DNA from: an uncultured Gammaproteobacteria bacterium
GTDB taxonomy: Bacteria; Patescibacteriota; Patescibacteriia; CAIXNZ01
Length of the DNA stretch: 36,230 bases
Assembly: GCA_964590345.1 (NCBI GenBank)
Contig: CAZPVP010000006.1
Location: forward strand, 1 to 36,230
Reading direction: 5' to 3'
Positions 27,116 to 33,749 of this stretch are shown here, in pieces. Both the position numbers and the translations under genes were made by a program. A model generated the notes under the pieces. The model was not told the origin of the DNA. It made no database searches and worked only from the letters and a program-made list of their open reading frames with translations. Within the stretch, counting starts at the first letter, position 1. The number at the start of each line of letters is the position of its first letter.

Positions 27116-27664
27116 CTAACCGCCATAGCCCCAATTATCGCATTCAGCTTGGTGGCTGTTGTAAAAAGTTGTTTGGCTGCAGCAAGTTTCATCAACTCGG
27201 CCGTCATAAACCTGAAAACGATATTCGCAGCAGTTGATGGAATAATAATTATTATGGCTTTCATTTTCACATTCTGGATTTTGTGGGGGGATACCGCCGC
27301 CCGGCGTTTCAAGTCTAAGGGTGATAAAGTAAGTTATAGAATAGCCAGTCATGATAATAATAAGTCCAATTACAGCCGCTGTAAGAGTGTTTCTTCCTTG
27401 CTCAACTTTTTCTTCATTGCCAGCAGCAGTTAAGTAAAGAAAACCGCCATAGATTAATAAGCCCAAGAAGACAACGCCAATTAAAGTTAACAATCCTTTA
27501 ACCAAGCCAGCGGCATAAGCAGATAAGGGTTGAAGCGTCATCTGGGCCTGCGTGCCGGCTTGTTTTAATCCTTCATAAAAAGAGCCGGCTAAAGCAGTAG
27601 AGTTAACTAAAAAAAAGCTAATAATGATAAAAACGATTATTAAGATTAATACATGTTTTTTCAT
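27116..27664 (-). CDS. VirB2/TrbC-like pilin with a C-terminal C-CC-CC-C domain
   Basis: IYGGFLYLTAAGNEEKVEQGRNTLTAAVIG; six-Cys tail. Confidence 0.85.
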   Translation of the reverse strand: MKKHVLILIIVFIIISFFLVNSTALAGSFYEGLKQAGTQAQMTLQPLSAYAAGLVKGLLTLIGVVFLGLLIYGGFLYLTAAGNEEKVEQGRNTLTAAVIGLIIIMTGYSITYFITLRLETPGGGIPPQNPECENESHNNYYSINCCEYRFQVYDGRVDETCCSQTTFYNSHQAECDNWGYGG

Positions 27665-27694
27665 AATTCCATGATTGTTAATAATTCAAAAATG

Positions 27695-28120
27695 TTAAGG
27701 CGTCCATGTCTGTTCATCCTGTCCTGCATCTGTAGATGGAGCAGTCTCAATTGCTTGGCTGATAAAGTAAGTAATTGAATAAGCAGTTATAACAATAGCC
27801 AAGCCAATAACAGCATTGATAATTGTTTTTTTTGCAGCTATAATTTGTTCTTTGTTTCCTTTGGCGATCATCCATTTAAAACCGCCATAAATAAATAAAA
27901 TAAAAAAGCCAACAGAAACCAAGCCTAAAATAGTTTGTATAACATTGATTACAATGGTTGCAATATCAACTCTAGAGACATCTGCACCACCAGCAGTTAT
28001 GTTAAGAAAGTCGTTAAGATCGCTAAAACCAAGAGCAGCCAAGGCATTATTAGCCACCAAAAGGCTTGCTAAAAGGATAATTAGAAAAAAAGAAAAGATT
28101 TTTAATTTTTTATTTAGCAT
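27695..28120 (-). CDS. VirB2/TrbC-like pilin
   Basis: IYGGFKWMIAKGNKEQIIAAKKTIINAVIG..ITAY. Confidence 0.85.
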   Translation of the reverse strand: MLNKKLKIFSFFLIILLASLLVANNALAALGFSDLNDFLNITAGGADVSRVDIATIVINVIQTILGLVSVGFFILFIYGGFKWMIAKGNKEQIIAAKKTIINAVIGLAIVITAYSITYFISQAIETAPSTDAGQDEQTWTP

Positions 28121-28143
28121 TCCAATTTATTAAAAAATATTGA

Positions 28144-28608
28144 TTAATTCTGATCTGCTTGTCCTTTTGTAGCATCCTCATCAGTGTCGGAAATGTCAGT
28201 GTCAATACCGCCAGTCTTTTCTTCTTCACCACCGCCACCGCCTTGAAAAGCTCTGCTGATTATCATGCTAATGGAAAAAGCAGCAATAACAATGAAAATG
28301 CCCAAGGTGGCATAAATCATGGCTTTTTTAGCTTTGTCAACTTTTTCTTGATGACCACCGGCAGACATCCAGGTAATGCCGCCATAAATAAATAAAAGAA
28401 CAAAAAGACCGCCAGCAAAACCCATTAAGAGCCTGATTGCAGCGGCAACAATAGGAATGTAATCTTTTGTTTTAAGCTGAGCGCCTCCGGCCGTGCTTTC
28501 ATAAAAGCCAGTAGCATCGCTAAAGCTGTAAGCCAAAGCTTGGCCTGGCTGGATAGCTAAAATACTAAGCAAAGTCAATAAAATTATAAAAAAAAATATT
28601 TTTTTCAT
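28144..28608 (-). CDS. VirB2/TrbC-like pilin with an acidic Gly-rich tail
   Basis: IYGGITWMSAGGHQEKVDKAKKAMIYATLG; tail GGGGGEEE...DTDISDTDED. Confidence 0.85.
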   Translation of the reverse strand: MKKIFFFIILLTLLSILAIQPGQALAYSFSDATGFYESTAGGAQLKTKDYIPIVAAAIRLLMGFAGGLFVLLFIYGGITWMSAGGHQEKVDKAKKAMIYATLGIFIVIAAFSISMIISRAFQGGGGGEEEKTGGIDTDISDTDEDATKGQADQN

Positions 28609-28626
28609 TTTTCATTTTTTAATTTT

Positions 28627-29019
28627 TTATTGAAAGACGCTAAAGACCATATAAGTAATGGCATAAGCTCCGCCCAAAACCATAGCGCCAACAATAGCCC
28701 AAATTATTATGTTCTTACCTTTAGTTACTTTTTCTTGATTGCCGGCTGAAGTTAGAATAATAATCCCGCCGTAAACCACTAAAAACAAAAAAATTGAGCC
28801 GCTTAATGCTAAAGCAGCACCGGCAAATCTGCCCAAAAATTCAGGAATTTTTTCAGCGCTGCCATATTCTGTTAATCCTGCTTCTCCTGCTGTTTCACTA
28901 AGGCCAAAGTCATCAGCTGCTGCATTATTTAAGGGAATTAATGAAAAGGCAGTTATTAGTGAAATAATAATTAGCAATATGGTTATTTTATTAAAATAAT
29001 TGTTATTTTTTATTTGCAT
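28627..29019 (-). CDS. VirB2/TrbC-like pilin
   Basis: VYGGIIILTSAGNQEKVTKGKNIIIWAIVG...AY. Confidence 0.85.
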   Translation of the reverse strand: MQIKNNNYFNKITILLIIISLITAFSLIPLNNAAADDFGLSETAGEAGLTEYGSAEKIPEFLGRFAGAALALSGSIFLFLVVYGGIIILTSAGNQEKVTKGKNIIIWAIVGAMVLGGAYAITYMVFSVFQ

Positions 29020-29036
29020 AAAAAAGGTTGATTTTA

Positions 29037-29078
29037 AAAATTTTAAGGGTAGGGTTTAAACCCTACCCTTAAAATTTT
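29037..29078. repeat. perfect 42-bp palindrome at the 3' end of the putative major pilin gene
   Basis: aaaattttaagggtagggttt|aaaccctacccttaaaatttt; GTAGGG...CCCTAC core. Confidence 0.8.
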
Positions 29079-29442
29079 AAGTGGCATTAACAATAGACAT
29101 AACAACAAAAGTAGCAATCGCGTAAGCAGTTAGGATGATAATTAAACCGATAATACCGGCAACTAATAGTTGTTTAGCCTTACCAACTTTTTCTTCATTA
29201 CCTGCAGCAGTCATCCATTTAAAGCCGCCTAGCAAAATAATGACCACAGCTACAATACCCAAAAGCCCCATCGCAACATTAATAATACTGGCAATGGTTT
29301 CGCGAATATCTTTTGTTCCTAAACCAGTTGCTGTGCCGTATTTTATGCCGACATCTAACGAGACAGCACCAACCATCTGTGGCAAACCGATAATGCTTAA
29401 AAGGGCCAAAAAGACAACTAAATTGATTAAAAATTTTTTCAT
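29077..29442 (-). CDS. VirB2/TrbC-like pilin, candidate major subunit
   Basis: GLGTKDIRETIASIIN...LGGFKWMTAAGNEEKVGKAK; RBS gaaagg; own promoter and 3' hairpin. Confidence 0.88.
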   Translation of the reverse strand: MKKFLINLVVFLALLSIIGLPQMVGAVSLDVGIKYGTATGLGTKDIRETIASIINVAMGLLGIVAVVIILLGGFKWMTAAGNEEKVGKAKQLLVAGIIGLIIILTAYAIATFVVMSIVNAT

Positions 29443-29625
29443 GATTTTAGACCTTTCTTAATGTAAAGCCTTTAAAGACTAAACATTAAAAAATTAATTA
29501 TTAATTATTTTAATTTCCTGCGCTTAAACAGGTTTACCAAAGCCAAAACAAATTTTGGTTTGGCAATTTTTATTTAAGAAGATATTCTGAAAATAAAATT
29601 TTTAAGTTGCAAATTATTTAAGTAT

Positions 29626-29654
29626 ATTATATAATGTTTCTTTTTTTTAAGCAA
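29626..29654 (-). promoter_or_regulatory. sigma70-type promoter for the 29442 pilin
   Basis: Minus strand TTGCTT-aaaaaaaagaaacatta(17)-TATAAT. Confidence 0.55.
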
Positions 29655-29706
29655 ATAATTGCTGTGATTATTTCATTATTGTTATTTTTTTGCTTGCTGT
29701 TGGAAT

Positions 29707-30072
29707 TTAAGGCCCTCCGGCCAGGCTTTTTATAACAAAGTCAGTCAGCATATAGCTGCCGATTATAGCGATTAAACCAATTGTCGCCCAGATTAGAGTA
29801 TTTTTGCCTTTTTGGATTTTTTCTTCTGCTCCCCCGGAAGTAATCAGAGTAAAGCCGCCATAAACAAACATAAGCAGGGCCAATGAGCCAGTAAAAGTTA
29901 AAACCGCTTTAACAACCCGGCCGATAATAAGATAAACACCTTGTTCGCCAGCAGGGAAGTCACCAAAAGGACTTTCTAATTCTACTTCTGCTTGAGAAAT
30001 ATTAGGAATAATTAAAAAACAAATTAAGATTATAAAAGTTATTAAAAACGTGATTTTGAAAAGTTTTTTCAT
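29707..30072 (-). CDS. VirB2/TrbC-like pilin
   Basis: GSLALLMFVYGGFTLITSGGAEEKIQKGKNTLIWATIG...SY. Confidence 0.85.
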   Translation of the reverse strand: MKKLFKITFLITFIILICFLIIPNISQAEVELESPFGDFPAGEQGVYLIIGRVVKAVLTFTGSLALLMFVYGGFTLITSGGAEEKIQKGKNTLIWATIGLIAIIGSYMLTDFVIKSLAGGP

Positions 30073-30165
30073 GGGGTTTTTTAAGATTATTAAACTATAA
30101 TTAAGGACGGATAAAATAGTTTTTTAAGAATAGTGGCACTAAACAGCTTGATTGATTTTATGGTA

Positions 30166-30783
30166 CTATTTACAACATTTAGGCTTAATAATACAATTAT
30201 GAGGGTCCGGAATTTCATCGCCAGCAGCGCACTCTTCAGCACATTCGCCGCCTAGTGCCTCACAAGTAGGTAAACAGCATTTTGGTTTTGGATCGCTGCA
30301 TTGTTCACCTTGGGCCTGTGTCGTAAACTCATTAGTATTGCAGGATTCATTCTGCGCAATGCATAGGCCTTGTCTTTCTGTTGGTAAATCAGGACGGCAG
30401 ACATCGCCGGTTGTTGTTCCTCCTGGAGTTCCGCCTTCGCCAGTTATACCTTTAATAACAAAATCAACTGTCATATAGCTGCCAATAACCAGAGCAAAGC
30501 CTATAATTGCCCAAATTAATATTTTTTTGCCTTTAGTTACAGGCTCTTGATTGCCGTGGGAAGTCAACAAAATCATTCCGCCATAAACAACAAAAAGCAA
30601 AGCAACAGAGCCAACAACAGTTAAAAGCGATTTGATTACATTACCGATTAAAACTTGCATTGTTTCGGATCTTGGATCTAAACCTAAAGGATTAAGATCC
30701 CCAAGATTTATGGCTAAAGCATTATTGATAATAAAAAATGATAATATAACAAGAATAAAGATAATTGATAAATATTTTTTCAT
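30166..30783 (-). CDS. VirB2/TrbC-like pilin with two tandem six-Cys modules
   Basis: GSVALLFVVYGGMILLTSHGNQEPVTKGK; tail with 12 Cys, each module ending in KPKCC. Confidence 0.85.
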   Translation of the reverse strand: MKKYLSIIFILVILSFFIINNALAINLGDLNPLGLDPRSETMQVLIGNVIKSLLTVVGSVALLFVVYGGMILLTSHGNQEPVTKGKKILIWAIIGFALVIGSYMTVDFVIKGITGEGGTPGGTTTGDVCRPDLPTERQGLCIAQNESCNTNEFTTQAQGEQCSDPKPKCCLPTCEALGGECAEECAAGDEIPDPHNCIIKPKCCK

Positions 30784-30794
30784 AATTATAGCTT

Positions 30795-31271
30795 TTAATA
30801 AATATCTTTATTAAAATTTACTTGGTCAAGAATGACTACTTTTTCAGCACTAGGAGCAAAACTGCACTCTAAAGAAGTATCCCAGTTCCATTCTTCGCCA
30901 GTTACAACATTAATAAGAGTCATAACAACAAAATAAGCCAATACAACAATCATAAAACCAATAATAGAATTGATAAAAATATCTCTGCCTTTTTTAACTT
31001 TTCCTGAATCGCCGCCCGAAGTCAGCCAGACTAAGCCGCCATAAACAAAAAATAAAAGAATAATACTGCCAACAATGCCCTGAAGAAAAATACCAACATT
31101 GATTGCTATCTGAACCATATCACAGACCGAACAATCGCCTTCTGTCCGGCAGCCACCGCTAACATCTTGCCAAATGGGGCTTTGGGCAACAGCAACATGA
31201 AAAGTAAGCAGCAAAAAACTAAAAGATAGCAATAGTATAATGTAAATTTTATATTTTTTTAGCCAATTCAT
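30795..31271 (-). CDS. VirB2/TrbC-like pilin with an N-terminal C-x4-C-x2-C motif
   Basis: CRTEGDCSVCD; VYGGLVWLTSGGDSGKVKKGR; ATG 31271 preferred over 31316, which overlaps the SBP gene. Confidence 0.85.
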   Translation of the reverse strand: MNWLKKYKIYIILLLSFSFLLLTFHVAVAQSPIWQDVSGGCRTEGDCSVCDMVQIAINVGIFLQGIVGSIILLFFVYGGLVWLTSGGDSGKVKKGRDIFINSIIGFMIVVLAYFVVMTLINVVTGEEWNWDTSLECSFAPSAEKVVILDQVNFNKDIY

Positions 31272-31278
31272 ATTTGTT

Positions 31279-32652
31279 TTATAAAGTTTGGTTGATTTTA
31301 GTTGCAGCTGTTTCAATGATTTCTTCAGTTGATTTAAGGCCCAAGCGATTTTCTTTAATCATTGTTTTAAAAATTTCTTCAGCAGCTCGAGCATTTTTTC
31401 CTTTGTACCAGCTTTTAGCAGTTATTAGCTGGCTAGCAAAAGGCGCTAATTCTAGATCATCCAGCTGTTCATTGATCAATTCTCTTAAAGCCGTTGGCTT
31501 CCTGGATGCTTCTATAAATTTTTTATTATTTTCTACATCTGTAGTTATAAATGAGATAAAATCCCATGCCTCATCAATATCTTGACTTTTTTTAGAAACG
31601 GTTTCCACCCAATAATTAGCAAAATTAACAGGCTTGCCAATTTGTGGCACTTCAGCAATATCAAAATTTAATTTAGGCGCTTGAGCTTTGATTGTTGGCA
31701 GATGATAAGCATAGCCAAAAAAGAAGGCGGTTTGCCCGGACATGAAAGCTTCTAAAGAATTCGGCATTTTGGTATTCCAAGTATAAACTTGTTTAGCCGG
31801 CGAAGCAAAGCTTGTATAAAAATTAAGCGCTTCAACAGAGGGTTTGACTTCCCGAGTGTATCCTTCTGGTACTTCATTAAAAGTAGCAAAACCGCGAGCG
31901 TCAGTCATTTGAGTGCCGTTTTGCAGCATTAAAAGGCTTAAAATATCTGTTGAACGGTTAATATTGTCAGCTGTGCCAATTGCTGCGCCAGCTTGAATAA
32001 TGTTACCTTTTTGATCTTGTTTGGTTAGCTGAACAACCTGATTTTTGAACTGATCCCAGGTTTTTGGCGGTGCAGTAATGCCGACATTATTTAATAAATC
32101 GCGATTATAAAATAATGCTAAAGTATCAATACTCAAGGGTAAACCATAAATTTGACTATTAATAACTTGGTTATCAAAAACAACATCAGGGAAAAGAATT
32201 TTTAAATCCCTTAAACTAATAGTTTTTTTTGTCCGCAATTCAGTATAAGTTTCTTTTTTAACCGTACCTTTTTCTATTTGATATTCCACAGTCGTTGTTG
32301 GGGGCAAGGGCACAATTAAGGGTTGATATTCCCGCAGCCATGTTGTATGAATAGAAAAAATATCAGGTCCGCGATCTTCAGCGAATGCTCTTAATAATTC
32401 GTCTTCATATTCTTGAGCAGTAAAATTGCGATAACGAATATTAATATGAGGATGGAGCGACTGGTATTGTTCAACTAAAGGTGAAATATTAAAACTGTCC
32501 TCATGAACTTTCCAGTATTCCAAAGTAATCGGCTTTGGCTTACCCGGCGTTAAGCCTTCAGGGGGGCCACCACATTTAAAACCACCAGTAACAATGATTA
32601 AGATGATGATTAAAAAAGGGGTTATTTTTTTGTTTTTAGTTATTTTGAGCAT
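31279..32652 (-). CDS. extracellular solute-binding lipoprotein (carbohydrate ABC family 1-like)
   Basis: Lipobox-like GGFKC; GPDIFSI, IYGLPLSIDTLALFYNRDL, PPKTW, AFMSGQTAF, AWDFISF. Confidence 0.9.
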   Translation of the reverse strand: MLKITKNKKITPFLIIILIIVTGGFKCGGPPEGLTPGKPKPITLEYWKVHEDSFNISPLVEQYQSLHPHINIRYRNFTAQEYEDELLRAFAEDRGPDIFSIHTTWLREYQPLIVPLPPTTTVEYQIEKGTVKKETYTELRTKKTISLRDLKILFPDVVFDNQVINSQIYGLPLSIDTLALFYNRDLLNNVGITAPPKTWDQFKNQVVQLTKQDQKGNIIQAGAAIGTADNINRSTDILSLLMLQNGTQMTDARGFATFNEVPEGYTREVKPSVEALNFYTSFASPAKQVYTWNTKMPNSLEAFMSGQTAFFFGYAYHLPTIKAQAPKLNFDIAEVPQIGKPVNFANYWVETVSKKSQDIDEAWDFISFITTDVENNKKFIEASRKPTALRELINEQLDDLELAPFASQLITAKSWYKGKNARAAEEIFKTMIKENRLGLKSTEEIIETAATKINQTL

Positions 32653-32723
32653 ATTTTATATATGAATTATAACAAATAAATTAAATAAATCCTATAAAAA
32701 TTAAGCTTTATAAGCTTTAATTG

Positions 32724-33593
32724 TTAAATATTTAAATTTTTGATATATTTTTTTATTTCTTGGTTTATATCGTCATGTTTTAAAGCAAAATCGAGATTTG
32801 CTTTGAGCCAGCCGAATTTGGAGCCGGTATCATAATAAGCGCCTTCAACCAAGGCAGCATAGATAGCGCGTTGCTTGGAAAGATTGAAAATTGCATCAAC
32901 CAGCCATAATTCATTGCCTTGGCCGATTTTAGTCTCGGTTAAAGCTTCAAAAATATCAGGCGTTAAAATATAAGCGCCTAAAGTGCCAATGCGGCTGGGC
33001 GCTTTGGCTGGACCAGGTTTTTCAATAATAGTTTCAACTTGATAAACATTTTTTTCGACTTGTAAGCCCTTGATTACGCCATGTTTTTTTGTGCCTTCTT
33101 CGTCAATTTTTATTGCAGTTAAAATCGGATCCTGATATTTGTCAAAAACTTTTATCAATTGTTTTAGGCGTGGATTTTTTTGATTAACAAAAAGATCATC
33201 GCCAAAAATTACAGCAAAAGGTTCGTTGCCAATAATTTTTTTAGCATTTAAAACTGGCGTGCCATTGCCATAAGGCCCTTTTTGCCTGATATAAATAAAA
33301 TTAGCCATAGTGGCAATATCTTTGATTTCCTGGCGAAGCTTGTCTTTGCCTTGTTTTTTGAGCCAGCTTTGTAGTTCATAATTATAGTCAAAATGATCTT
33401 CAATTGCTCTTTTAGCCGGACCAGTTACTAAAATTATATCTTCAATGCCCGAAGCCACAGCTTCTTCAACAATGTATTGGATAACAGGCTTGTCAATGAT
33501 TAGCAGCATTTCTTTGGGAGAAGCTTTGGTGGCTGGTAAAAAGCGAGTGCCATAACCTGCCACAGGAATAACTGCTTTTCTGATTTTTGGCAT
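32724..33593 (-). CDS. galU: UTP--glucose-1-phosphate uridylyltransferase
   Basis: KAVIPVAGYGTRFLPATKASPKEML, IEDHFD, EKP, YDTGSK; ATG at 33593. Confidence 0.93.
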   Translation of the reverse strand: MPKIRKAVIPVAGYGTRFLPATKASPKEMLLIIDKPVIQYIVEEAVASGIEDIILVTGPAKRAIEDHFDYNYELQSWLKKQGKDKLRQEIKDIATMANFIYIRQKGPYGNGTPVLNAKKIIGNEPFAVIFGDDLFVNQKNPRLKQLIKVFDKYQDPILTAIKIDEEGTKKHGVIKGLQVEKNVYQVETIIEKPGPAKAPSRIGTLGAYILTPDIFEALTETKIGQGNELWLVDAIFNLSKQRAIYAALVEGAYYDTGSKFGWLKANLDFALKHDDINQEIKKYIKNLNI

Positions 33594-33691
33594 ATTCAAA
33601 TTAGTGCTTTTTTATATCTTTAATAATAGCATAAATTTGGCTTGAGATAAATAAAAAAGCAGCATTGTGGCAAAAAATTCATGTAATTTAT

Positions 33692-33720
33692 GTAGGGACA
33701 GGTTTAAAACCCGTCCCTAC
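33692..33720. repeat. GTAG-type REP-like palindrome nested within an outer inverted repeat
   Basis: gtagggacaggttt-a-aaacccgtccctac (one internal mismatch); outer arms cagcattgt 33660-33668 and acaatgctg 33727-33735. Confidence 0.75.
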
Positions 33721-33749
33721 GGCTGTACAATGCTGATTTTCTATTTTAA

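Noticed and set aside
26250-31271. Pilin array as a conjugative element, integron or DGR target
   Set aside because: No relaxase, VirB4, integrase, attC-like repeats, reverse transcriptase or near-identical template/variable repeat pair seen; the paralogues are highly diverged at DNA level
27106-31585. Alternative-frame and antisense ORFs across the pilin array
   Set aside because: Shadows of pilin and SBP genes, with no motifs or initiation signals
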